Numbered from the whole stretch's first letter, positions 37,775 through 49,884 are shown. The stretch is 59,736 nt of DNA, filler included, from Basidiobolus ranarum (GCA_040143965.1; 6 parts of 6 records of this genome joined end to end with filler, not necessarily neighbours in it); one strand, 5' to 3'. Numbers and translations: made by a program. The notes: generated by a model not told the origin, from the sequence alone.

Positions 37775-38434
37775 TCAAGCACTTTTTCTATCTTTAATTT
37801 GATTTCTCCTGATATTCAAGATAAAACCTAAAATGAGACCGGGAATAACAAACGAAGAGATAATAATAATAGCAGAGTATCTTCTTTGTAATGGTTCCGA
37901 GAGTTGAAAGATCTCTTTGAAGAGTTGAGCTGTGCTTGACTTTGAGTTGATGTGAAGCAATAGAATCAATCCGTTGGCAGTAAGTGTCACTGGATCTTTG
38001 GAAGAGAATGCAGCACAAGCCAAACAAAAAGCCAATTCAAAATAAAATGCAAAGGTTGGGAAGGCACCCCACATATTGGTTCCGCCTATCATGATCTTGG
38101 AGATGGGATCCAAGGGTAAATCTTGGTTATGGACCATCATATCTTCTATGAAATGAGAAAAGGAAGCCAAAAACCCAGGAGTATAAGAGCCAGTAGCAGC
38201 GCCATAGATCAAGGACAGTAGGACGGATCCGATCAAACTGTGAGTGTAGTTACAGTGAATATCAAAACCATTAATGCCGGCTTGAGGGTTAGGAGAGAAC
38301 CCTTCGTATCCAAGATATGTCATTGCACCAAAGCATACGTCAAGGAAGCCTACACCAAGTGCAAGGGTATATGGCGAAGTGTTCGGGTAATATTTTTGCA
38401 AGACGGAAGTTAGAGCAAAATGACCTGCAAACAT
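37775..38434 (-). CDS. Integral membrane putative metal-dependent hydrolase (YdjM/LexA-binding inner-membrane hydrolase-like), intronless
   Basis: The His/Asp pattern MFAGHFA...FLDV...YTHSL...SHFIED..VHNQDLP lies within multiple hydrophobic helices and resembles bacterial proteins with MFxGH...SHSL...SHxxLDxxxHxPDLP. Confidence 0.7.
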   Translation of the reverse strand: MFAGHFALTSVLQKYYPNTSPYTLALGVGFLDVCFGAMTYLGYEGFSPNPQAGINGFDIHCNYTHSLIGSVLLSLIYGAATGSYTPGFLASFSHFIEDMMVHNQDLPLDPISKIMIGGTNMWGAFPTFAFYFELAFCLACAAFSSKDPVTLTANGLILLLHINSKSSTAQLFKEIFQLSEPLQRRYSAIIIISSFVIPGLILGFILNIRRNQIKDRKSA

Positions 38435-38977
38435 TTTCTGTGTATAATGTATGAAACCGAAAGAGCGTTTGGAAAGAGCGTTTAGGGTTAATTCGCAAAA
38501 ATGGAATGAAATGAAGGCAGTGTTTGGAGTATAAATAAAGATCGAAAATACTGTTTGTATTTATACTTCAAATATACGAAGCTGCCTCAAGCGTGCCGCT
38601 TACTAATCCAAGCTTCGAATCCTGTTGCTTGTTTTATCCAAATAAAGAAACAAATAACGTGTTGATGAGGATTGATATAGAAATTGCTACTAACTAATTA
38701 TAAATCAACTTGATAAAAATTCGAGTTTCACTTGATGCTAATATAGTTGGACTTGACTCATTCACTTTCGCTTCCGCTTTCGATACCTTGCTTCCAATAC
38801 ATCGTTCAAAATAGACTTGTCTAAATATTAGCAATGTTTTTATCTGAAGAAAACCATTGAGTGTTGTTAGTAAAGGGTACAGCACGACAGCACCGATATC
38901 ATATACCATAAAAGAAATCATATACTTAAAACAAACATAACCAAGCAAAAACTAAGTGGAAAGTATTTTCGGTGGTG

Positions 38978-39057
38978 TTCTATTGTATAATGATTAATAT
39001 GGATTAAAGTTAAGGCTTCTATTGTATAATGATTAATATGGATTAAAGTTAAGGCTT
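38978..39057 (+). repeat. Perfect tandem duplication of a 39-bp unit
   Basis: ttctattgtataatgattaatatggattaaagttaaggc x2. Confidence 0.95.
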
Positions 39058-39562
39058 GTACAAGATGTAAGTCACAAATCAATGATTAAATCTGAGTGAT
39101 AAAAACCCAATTTTAACTTATCCGTGTCTATCTTATCCTATCAGATGATATTTTGGATCACCTTTAGCAACTAGGAATCATTAGTCATCCGTGCCAAACT
39201 CAACTGTATGGCTTTGTCAAAATATCATTTGCTATGAAACTCACCAACAAATATTTCTCTCATTTAATCTTTACCTGGCTTTTCTGAATTAGTGTTTGTA
39301 ATATTTTATCAGCTCTATAATTATACTATTTTGTTAAATTGATATTTTAACAGAATCAAAAACCCTACCTATTCTTTCTTTCTATACACTGGTTATCCTA
39401 TCACATGACCAAGCCTAGATATCTAGGGATCTCTCTCTCTCTCTCTGCTGTACAGATGTTGTTGGGCATCATGATTAAAAGTTGTCTGACTTAAACAATC
39501 TCTATCTCACTTATCAAAATACTTGATTACCTTCATTACTGCTCTAATAAAACTTTTGATTT

Positions 39563-39818
39563 TGTTGGAGGATCTTGACATAATGGGGGTAGACTTTGAG
39601 TATCAGAAGCAACTTATGATAGTGTGTTTTAGTTATGTTATTCTTAAGAGTATATGGTGACTTATATAGTAGAAAAGTAAATCAATTGTTTGAGATATTC
39701 AGGAGTCTGTGTAATAAGATATAATAGATAAGTGGGGGTAATAAGACATACTTCTTATATAGATATAGAGATATTCCTATTTAGAATATAGGGGCTATAG
39801 ATACGTTGCTTTCTGTTT
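39563..39818 (-). mobile_element. LTR, family B (partial, runs into the contig end)
   Basis: Ends ...GATCCTCCAACA on the minus strand. 39563-39715 is a near-identical reverse complement of 49885-50037. Confidence 0.7.
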
Positions 39819-39918
39819 NNNNNNNNNNNNNNNNNNNNNNNNNNNNNNNNNNNNNNNNNNNNTTAATTAATTAANNNNNNNNNNNNNNNNNNNNNNNNNN
39901 NNNNNNNNNNNNNNNNNN
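39819..39918. other. Artificial contig-joining spacer 4
   Basis: Same linker. Confidence 0.98.
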
Positions 39919-40087
39919 GTAACAAGGAGGCTGGAAATCAAAAAACCAAGGATTGGAGAGGTTTTTCTTTTCTTTGATGAAAATAAAGTAGAGTATACAG
40001 AGGCATTCATCACCATTGATAGATGCAGCGTTTCAAATTCAAACCATTGTTGCATAAAACCTGTGATTTTGAATGATCTCTGCAGGC

Positions 40088-40200
40088 CTATCTCATCTCT
40101 ACATCATCTATATTTCATATCTATCTCATCTCTGCATCATCTATATTTCATATCTATCTCATCTCTACATCATCTATATTTCATATCTATCTCATCTCTA
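40088..40200 (+). repeat. Minisatellite, 33-bp unit x about 3.4
   Basis: ctatctcatctct(a/g)catcatctatatttcatat repeated. Confidence 0.93.
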
Positions 40201-40915
40201 TCCTATCTCCTATTAGGGGGTATGTGGGTAGAATAGCAAGATTAAAGCCGCTAGAAAGCGGATAATCACTTATTATATGTTAAGTAAAACAAGATACAGT
40301 AGTACTTGGGCCATGTGGATTATGCATGGGTTTACTATTGATTTTCTATTGATGCTTACTGACTTTAGCATTATTCAATTTAAATAAAACATCTGCCATG
40401 GTCTTTATCATCCCTAAGTCTAGGTATACTAAAGAGTTTCTAAGCGGTACTCGCGATAGACACTGGATATTGCTTATATCCATTAAAAAACTATGAGTTA
40501 GAAAACATACCACGTAAACCTATGCAACATCTGCCTACTGTGGTGAATTACTCCTGCAAATGCAAAGTAAAAGCGTTGCTTAATAAGAATTTGTAGTTCA
40601 TGCCAATAGGTTCAACATTGACACATCTAATGCACCAATAGTGATAAGTATTCAAAGTCACTCATTCTGAGAGAGAATAAAAAAGTCATTAGTTGGGCGA
40701 ACAACAGAAAGGTTAATGAGAATCTGGTTAAAGACTTCGCTTTCCTAATTATTGTTGCATCTTTCCACTCTAGGACTTGTTTGTTACTATATGAACTGAA
40801 CCATAACGCTGCAGGGAAGAGGCAAGGCTCTAATTTTTACTTATTGAACTGGCTCTCGAAGGAACTGAAAAAGAGAGTTATTCATAAATAGTACTAAGCA
40901 TTCTTCCTGATCGGT

Positions 40916-41035
40916 CTATCTTAAATGTATTATTGTTACAAGTAAATACCGTAACTTTGACTATCTTAAATGTATTGTAACGTAACTTTAACTATCTACA
41001 TGCATTGTTGTTACAAGTAAACACCGTAACTCTGA
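40916..41035 (+). promoter_or_regulatory. Three imperfect direct repeats about 250-370 bp upstream of the NRPS ATG
   Basis: ctatcttaaatgtattattgttacaagtaaataccgtaactttga / ctatcttaaatgtattgtaacgtaactttaa / ctatctacatgcattgttgttacaagtaaacaccgtaactctga. A TATATAAA lies at about 41225. The repeats are seen; a regulatory role is inferred. Confidence 0.45.
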
Positions 41036-41282
41036 GTTGGTTTCATATAATCTAAAATTTTTGTATTTCAAGAAACTAACACAACAACGCTATACTGATG
41101 CATAATCCCTGATTGCATTAACGCCCTGAGCCCTCATGCACTCTACTAAGGAGATATTTGACCTGTGACGATACTTTTTCTTCGGCAAGGTGGATAACAC
41201 AAAAAAACTCCTCCAAATTATTCTTATATAAAGTGTTAAATATACTAATTTCAGCACAGACTTCAATAACACTAAATAAGTG

Positions 41283-44200
41283 ATGAACAGACAATCTTTT
41301 TCATGTATTGTCATCGGTGGCACTACACTAACCATCGAATGTGCAAAACGACTACGTGCCGCCGGCCATATCATTCAGGCTGTGCTACCGACAGATCAGT
41401 TGGCTAAAAATTGGACTTTAGGCGAAGAAATATCTTGCGTAGGCACAGTAGAGGAGCTTAGCGCCGTTCTAGACCAGAGGCCAGCGGATGTGCTGTTTTC
41501 AATTGTTAACCCAATTATTCTACCACAGTCACTATTGAATAGGATGCGTCACACATTTAATTATCATGATGCTCCCTTGCCTCGTTACGCCGGAACCCAT
41601 GCTACTTCCTGGGCTCTATTAGAATTGCAAAGCACCTACGCAATTACCTGGCACCAAATTACCAATAAAGTTGATGCTGGGGATGTGTACGTACAGTATC
41701 CGGTACATATCGCTTCTACTGATACAGCTCTGTCACTGAACTTGAAGTGTTACCAAGCGGCGAGTAAAGGCTTCACTGAATTAGTAGAAAATCTTGCAAT
41801 GGGGACATTAAGACCTGACCCTCAAGATTTAACACGCCGAAGTTTTTTTCCACGTCATCGCCGACCTTTCGGCGCAGGTTTTTTGCGCTGGCAGCTAACG
41901 GCTCAGAATCTATCTGCTTTGGTGCGAGCTCTAAATTTTGGTGATTTTCATCCCAACTCGTTGGCTACACCCAAACTCTTGCTATCTAATTGTATCATAC
42001 ATGTGTTAAACTTGGAAATTCTAACAGAGCGTTCAGAAAATCCACCAGGCACCCTGCTGAGGATCGACTCTGATCGTTGGTATATAACTACGGGAAGCGA
42101 TACCGTTGCTATTAGCACATTCACCAGTCTTACCGGGGAGTCATTCGACCCTCAGAAGCTGGCACGACAATTAGATCTTCGCGCAGGAGACCATTTACCT
42201 TTGATATCAGATGCAGAGGCTTGCGTGCTAACTGAGGTTTATGAAAATTTATCCAAGCAAGAGACTTTTTGGGCAAGGCGCTTGCAACGTTTCAGTTCAC
42301 TTCATCCACCTTTCGATAGTGATGCGTCAGGTATCGTACGGAATTGGCAAACGACTGAATGGAATATTCCAAGCAATTTGTTGCACCTTTCGGAGGTTAA
42401 ACGTATTGAGTGCCTTTTGAGCTCTTTCATGATTTATCTGACACGAATTACTGAGAAGAAACGACTCAATATGGGATGGGCACCAATATTAACTAAATCA
42501 GTGATGGCAGATTTCTTAGCCAATGTAGTGCCATTGGAGATTGAAATCGGTTTACGGGATTGTTTTAATGGAGTTTGTGCAAAAATAGAGACTGAGTATT
42601 CACGGCTTATAAATCATTCAACATTTCCTCTTGACCTCATTGCACGTCACCCGGAGCTTCGCACTATCAGTGAATTGCGTTTGCCACGACCCTGGAAAAT
42701 CGTTATAGCCTTAGTACCAGACCGCACCTCAGAGGATATCAACAACGTTCCAGCTCAAGCCGTCACTCAATTCCTCAACGATGCGGCTCGCGGAGACTAC
42801 CTCACGATTCAATTGTGTTCAAAAGATGGAAGTTTTCGATGGATTTATGACCCAAAGTTTATAAACGATATACTCTTTGACACAAGCACGGACCCTGAAC
42901 TAATTAGTGTTAATAATGAAATCGGACACATGCCCCGTTTCTTGAAATTATTGGAAGCATTGACCAACGAACCCACACGCCCGATTGGAGATATCGATTT
43001 ACTTCATGTCAACGAACGACGTCAACTCCTGATTAATTGGAATAAAACGGAGAGAGATTTTCCCGAAAATCAAGGGATTCATCAATTATTTGAAACACAA
43101 GTTCAACGTGCACCGCATGCAACCGCGTTAGTATGCAATGATAAATCTTTAAATTATAGGGATTTGAATGCGAGTGCCAACCGCATCGCACATTACCTTG
43201 TAGAGCTGGGTATTAAGCCAGGCGACTACATTGCTACCATGATTGAGCGTTCTATGGAGCTGGTCGCTGCTCAATTAGCTATTCTTAAAGTGGGGGCCGC
43301 TTATGTTCCTATTGACCCTCATGCTCCCGTGGAGAGACAAACCTCAATAATTTCTGATTGTGCGGCTCGATTATTGATAACCAATGTGAATTCCAATGTT
43401 TCACTTACCAAGAACACGCGGTTATTCCGTATTCCTTCCATTCTCGAAAATACATTAGATACCTCGATAGCCAATCTTAATTTATTCTCTCCAGAATTGG
43501 ATGTGGCCTATGTAATGTACACTTCCGGCTCAACTGGCTCTCCAAATGGTGTGTTGGTGCCTCATCGAGCCATCGCCTCTCTAGTCATTAACAACGGCTT
43601 CGCTGACATCGGGGTCAATGATCGTGTTGCTTTTGTGTGCAATCCAGCCTTTGACGTAACTACTTTTGAAATGTGGGCACCTTTATTGAATGGGGGTACC
43701 CTGGTCGTCGTGGACCATTGCACTGTTCTGACACCTAAAACATTTGTGCAATTTTTGCAACAGCAGAAAATTAATGTCTTATTTTTAATGCCTGCTTTGT
43801 TAGCACAAATGTCGGAAGCACTACAGCCCATCTTTCCACAGTTAAAATATCTACTTTTTGGAGGAGATACCATCAATCCTGCAGTGATCAACAATATAAT
43901 TTGTAACACTCCTCCACAACAACTGATTAACGCATACGGTCCAACTGAATGCACTACCTTCGCTACATCATATGCAGTCCCTCTAAACAAAGAACAGCCA
44001 TCAAGTATCCCGATTGGGAGACCATTAGCGAACAAGCAGGTATATTTATTGGACGGGACAGGCCAACCAGTGCCACTCGGGGCGACGGGCGAATTGCACA
44101 TAGGCGGGGCCGGCGTCGCGCACGGATATCTAAATCGGCCTGAATTGACTAGCGAAAGATTTCTTCCCGATTCATTTAGTAAGAAAGCAGGGGCTCGTAT

Positions 44201-47200
44201 GTACAAGACTGGAGATCTGGGCCGTTACCTTCCTGATGGTAATATTCAATTTCTTGGACGTAAAGACAATCAGATTAAGATTCGTGGTTTTCGGATCGAG
44301 CCGGGCGAGGTAGAAACATTACTCGTTAAGCATCCCCAAGTTCAGGAAGCCATTGTACTGACAAGGGGCAAGGATTACAACAAGCACTTAGTAGCATATA
44401 TTGTAACGGAACACAAAGAGAAACTGCTTATCAACACGCTACGCGACTTGATTGCCGCTAACCTTCCTGATTATATGATGCCAGCCGCTTTCGTGCGTTT
44501 AAGCAGTTTGCCATTAACATCCAATGGAAAAATAGATCGTAAGGCGCTACCAGCACCAGACAGAGAAAACTTTACACAGAAATCCTATGAAGCACCGCAA
44601 GGAGAGATTGAGATCACACTGGCAAAGATCTGGACCGAGTTAATCAATTTTGATGAGATTGGCCGCCATGATAATTTCTTTTCACTTGGCGGGAATTCAC
44701 TTCTCGCTGTGCAGATGATAGAACGTCTAAGTCGCCTTAATCTAAAGATACCTGTACGTACATTATTCGAAAAACCGACACTCTGTGAGCTTGCTCAATC
44801 TATCCAACGGCATGAAGAAACCCTACCCCCCAGACTAATTAAGCCTGGTATCGAAAGAATCACACCAGATTTACTTTCACTGGTCAACCTCTCACAAGCT
44901 GAAATTGACTATATTACAGAAGTGATTCCTGGTGGTGTGGCCAACATCGAAGATATCTATGGATTAACCCCACTACAAGATGGAATTTTATTTCATCATC
45001 TCCTGGCCGATAATGGAGATCCCTATTTGGTCCTGACCCAAATGACTTTTGAAAGCCGGATGTTGCTTGATAAGTATCTCGATGTCATCCAGCGGATTGT
45101 GGATCGCCACGACATCCTGCGCACTGCCTTCATTTGGAAGAATACATCCACACCGGTACAGGTTGTCTGTCGTCAAGCATCGATTGTGATCTCTGAATTT
45201 ACTTTTTGTCCAACCAATGGTCCAATTCCCAAACAGCTATTAGAAAAATATGATCCCAGCAATTATCGCACTGACATAACCAAGGCTCCTTTGCTGAGTT
45301 TTGCCATTGCGCAAGAGAGTAATGGTCGCTGGTCTCTTCTTCAGCTGCTTCACCATCTCATAGGTGATCACTCTACGGTGGACGTGATGCAATCTGAGGT
45401 GGAAGCTTTTTTTAACCATCACGATTTACCAGCTGCGCAGCAGTTTCGAAACTTAGTTGCACAATCCCGCACAGATCTTAACAATAGGGATCACGAAAAA
45501 TTCTTTTCTGATATGTTGGGTGATGTTGATGCACCGACACTGCCATTTGGGCTTGCCGATGTCTACTGCGTCGGCGCACAGATCACAGAGTCACATCAAA
45601 TGCTATCGCAAGAGTTAAATGAACGACTTCGCTTCCAGTCCAAAATATTAGGTGTGACCTTAGCCAGTTTATTTCATTTGGCTTGGGCACAAGTCTTAGC
45701 ATGTGCTAGTGACCAAGATCGAGTGGTTTTTGGCACAGTCCTATTTGGCCGAATGAATGCAGGTGAAGGAGCAGACAAAGCAATGGGATTATTCATCAAC
45801 ACGTTACCTTTCCGTATAGATATAAATGAGCGAGGTGTTCGAGAAACCGTGTTACAGACCCATAAGCGCTTAGCAATGTTGCTTGAGCACGAGCATGCAT
45901 CTCTTCCTCTAGCCCAGCGTTGTGCATCCTTACCAGTCGGAGTACCACTTTTCAGTACACTTCTAAATTACCGCCACAATGCCACGAAACCTGGTGCAGG
46001 CTCTACCATATCTGGGGTTGAGATTCTGAGTACCAAAGAGCGCTCTAATTATTCATTGCTCCTTTCGGTGGAAGATTTTGGCCATTCACTGGGTTTGACT
46101 GCTCAAATCGTGTATCCATATGATCCAGCCCGAGTGTGCGATTACATGCAAAAGACATTACAGAGTTTGGTGGATGCTTTACAATATTCACCGAAAGTAC
46201 CTGTTCCACTACTTGAAATATTACCAACGGAGGAACGCAAAACTTTACTCGAAACAATGAATGAAACAGCATCACCGTATCCCAATCACCTCTGTCTTCA
46301 TCATCTGTTTGAGGATATTGTCGAGCACACGCCTCACGCTACTGCGGTAACATATGAGGATCGTGCCTTTAGTTATGCCGAGGTGAACGTGCGTGCAAAC
46401 GGTCTTGCGCATAAACTAATCGATATGGGTGTTCAACCAGATATGCGTGTTGCAGTATGTATGGCGCGTAGTCCAGAAACTGTAATAACTTTGTTGGCAA
46501 TTTTAAAAGCTGGCGGTGCGGTTTTGCCCCTTGATCCGATTTATCCGAGTGAACGACTTGTGAACATTCTTGTTGATGGAAAGCCAGTGATTCTGATAGC
46601 TGATGCAATAGGTAGAAAAGCCATAGGTGATAATACCCTTTGCTCGCTCCCTGTGCTGGCTCCAAATAGTATTCTTAACTCATCCACAACTAATCCGAAG
46701 GTAGAAGCTTTGACAGCAAAACATCTTGCTTATGTAATTTACACATCGGGATCCACTGGTATGCCGAAGGGGGTAATGATGGAACACAAAGCAGTAGTAA
46801 ACCTGATTCTAGCTCCCTCAGCTGGCTTTGAAATCAAGCCTTCCAGTCGGGTTTTACAGTTTGCATCTTTCGGCTTCGATGTAAGTCTCTGGGAAATCCT
46901 GTTAACCTTAAGTCGCGGTGCAAATTTATACATCCCAACCGATATTGCCCGTCAAGATCGCGATGAACTTTGGAAGTATCTAGAGAGAAACGAGATAACG
47001 CACGCAATATTACCGCCGGCGCTTTTGCAGAACGGGGATGATTTGCCAAGCTTAAGTAAGCCAATATCATTGATATTAACAGGGGAAGCGCCCAATTCAA
47101 CACTGATCCAAAACTTATTGCTTCGAGAAATGGTCCATCAGGGAGTCATATTCAATGCTTATGGCCCAACTGAAACGCATGTAGCTACGGTATGGGCAAG

Positions 47201-48860
47201 TGAGAGCAATACTCTTAGAAATGGAAAGGTATCCATCGGCCGTCCAATTGCAAATACTCGGATATATTTACTTAGCAAGCAAAGACAACCGGTGCCACTT
47301 GGGGCTATAGGAGAGTTATACATTGGCGGAGTCGGTATTGCGCGCGGTTATCTAAATCTCCCCGAGTTGACTGCGGAGAAATTCGTATGTGATCCTTTTT
47401 GTACGCTGGAAGATTCAATGATGTACAAAACTGGTGATTTGGCTCGTTATCTACCTGATGGCAACATAGAATTTTTGGGTCGCAATGACTTTCAGATAAA
47501 AGTTCGCGGATTTCGAATTGAGCCTGGGGAGATTGAAACTCTTCTCATGGAACATCCTCATGTACGGGAGTGTGTTGTACTTACACAAGATAAAGATTGT
47601 GATAAGCGCTTAATCGCTTACATCACAGCCGAATCCGACGAAAAGCTTTGTAGCAAGTTACGAGTCCACCTAGAAAGCAAACTGCCCGGATATATGATTC
47701 CATCGGCATTTGTACGGCTGGAAGCGTTTCCGCTGACATCTAACGGAAAATTGGACCGCCAAGCATTTCCAGAGCCAGGTGAAGGTGATTTTGCCCATAA
47801 GACATACGAAGCACCGAAAGGTAAAACTGAAGAAGCGCTTTCCATAATCTAGGCTGAGATTCTCAAACTGGACCACGTTGGCCGCTATGATGATTTCTTT
47901 GCCCTTGGCGGATACTCTCTGCTTGCCGTTAGAATGATAAGCCGTATTCGAACCATGTTGGGCATCGAAATTGCCCTACACACGCTATTTGAAGCCCCTA
48001 CTGTTGCCGAATTGGCACAAAGTATAAACAAAAAAGATATCGTGCACCAACCAAATTCCTTTTCAGTACTACTCCCTTTGAATACTAAAGGCTCGCGAGC
48101 TCCTCTTTTCTGTGTTCACGCCGTCTCTGGTTTAAGCTGGGGCTATATTGGCCTATCTAAATATTTAGGCCCCAATCAACCGATATACGGTCTACAGGCT
48201 CGCGGACTTGATGACGAGACACCAGTGGCGGAAACAATGGAAGATATGATTTCAGATTATATTCAGCAAATACGAAATGTTCAGCCTTCTGGACCATATC
48301 ATCTACTTGGATGGTCATTAGGCGTTTATATAGCTCACAGCATTGCGACATATCTCGAAGAGCAAGGTGAAGAGGTAGCGCTACTTGCTCTTCTAGATAT
48401 TAATCCGGAGTACTCATCGCCATATTTCGAAACGGAGGCAGACCGAGATTATTGGTACATCAGATTTCTTGATCGCTATGGCGACAAAGATGATCCTAAT
48501 GCCGGCGAATATTTATGGGAAAAGACTCATAATGTCATTAAGAATAATCTTAAGATATTAAAGGGGTTCTCCCCTCCCGTTTATAGCAAAGATGCACTTT
48601 TCTTTCGGGCAACAAAAGTAGAGAACCAGTCTATCCCGTTAGTGTCGCCTCACCTTTGGAAACCGTACGTTCTTGGCAATATTGAGATTTTTGACATAAA
48701 TTGCGCCCATCGTGACATGGACAGACCTTTACCAATTGCTGAAATCGCTCGTGTTGTGGCAAGAAAACTCAAGGTGTTAAAAAATAAGTCACAGCAAAAG
48801 ATGGAGTCTAATATTCCCGTACCTCCTGTCGTTGGCCCTGATGATCATATAGTTAGTTGA
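41283..48860 (+). CDS. Bacterial-type two-module NRPS: formyltransferase - partial C - A - T - dual E/C - A - T - thioesterase; one in-frame TAG at 47850-47852 (possible recent pseudogene)
   Basis: F: FNYHDAPLPRYAG...VDAGD. A1: YTSGSTGSPNG, YGPTE, YKTGDL, NGKIDR. T1: LGGNSL. C: HHLLADNGD plus HHLIGDH. A2: YTSGSTGMPKG. The frame continues through [30 protein letters not shown] into the 308-aa ORF, whose TE has GWSLG. No introns over 7.6 kb. Confidence 0.93.
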
Positions 48861-49179
48861 ATGCTTATGTGTGATAGTCTGATGCCATCGCTCGTTGAAC
48901 TTGGAAGTCTCATATTATACATGCTTTCTCCAATTGTCAATCAATCTTGCTGGTATTATGTAAATCTTTAATTGTTCGCAAGTATTTGTAACAATAATTT
49001 ATTTCTAATGTTCCAAATCGTTGAGAATTTCAAAAAAGAATCTATATATTTTGTAAACAATCATCCGGTAAATGAGAGTTAGGGGGGATAGAAAGAACTA
49101 AATAGTATGACTTAAAGCAGATCTAACTAATAGGAGTCTTAGGAATTGCAGTGGTTTGCTAAGCAACAGCAGAGAGTAG

Positions 49180-49320
49180 GTTTGCTAGGCAGCTAGGCTT
49201 TGTGTTCTGTGTTTAAATATTTGGGTGACTTTTGGAAGTAGTTTGGAGAATTGGGGAAATTGGTGGTTTTCACTTATTGATTTATTGAGTAGAAAGTTAA
49301 CATTTATACTTTTGTCAAGG
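49180..49320 (-). repeat. Partial copy of LTR family A
   Basis: Reverse complement of 6424-6517 (gacaaaa.tataaatg...aataagtgaaaaccaccaatttc...ttctccaaac). Confidence 0.75.
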
Positions 49321-49784
49321 GTTAGGGGGATGAAAAGTACCAGGTGGTATAGACTTTATTTAGCATATATACTAATCTAAACAAAGTGACAATCAAGATA
49401 TCAATCTTCTAAGATATTGTAACAAAACTAGATCAGATCCATACTTAACTTGATGACCAATGTAAGTCAGTTCTGAGGATGTATATATAGTGTTACGGGG
49501 CACAGGTAGTAAGTAGAAAGGAAGATAATCATCACAAACCAAATGGACAATAATCAAAAACCTGGAATAATGGGGATCAAAGAAGGTGTCTTGGAGGCAA
49601 GATATTGCTTTGAAAGGTATAGCTGGAAGTCTATAGCAACAATTTTGGGCTGTTTTGTTTGATACAGTTGTAAAGCTAATTCAGAAACTAGAGGATCATC
49701 TTGTATCAGTTTCCAGCAGGATAGTGGATTTGAAGATGGTGTGACTAGCCACTTCTTTTCCAGTGGATTTCTGAAGTCATTTAG

Positions 49785-49884
49785 NNNNNNNNNNNNNNNN
49801 NNNNNNNNNNNNNNNNNNNNNNNNNNNNTTAATTAATTAANNNNNNNNNNNNNNNNNNNNNNNNNNNNNNNNNNNNNNNNNNNN
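49785..49884. other. Artificial contig-joining spacer 5
   Basis: Same linker. Confidence 0.98.

Noticed and set aside
40088-40200. 33-bp repeats as a CRISPR array
   Set aside because: The units are head-to-tail with no unique spacers, there are no cas genes, and the context is eukaryotic.
43562-44206. 214-aa antisense ORF, and other ORFs overlapping the NRPSs, ADE12 and the zinc-finger gene
   Set aside because: These are shadow ORFs of real genes with no independent motifs.
29944-48860. Two divergent NRPS genes as one biosynthetic gene cluster
   Set aside because: They are separated by an artificial spacer between size-sorted contigs, so there is no evidence of linkage.
47934-48860. Stand-alone thioesterase gene
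   Set aside because: It starts mid carrier domain and is in frame with the upstream NRPS across one TAG.
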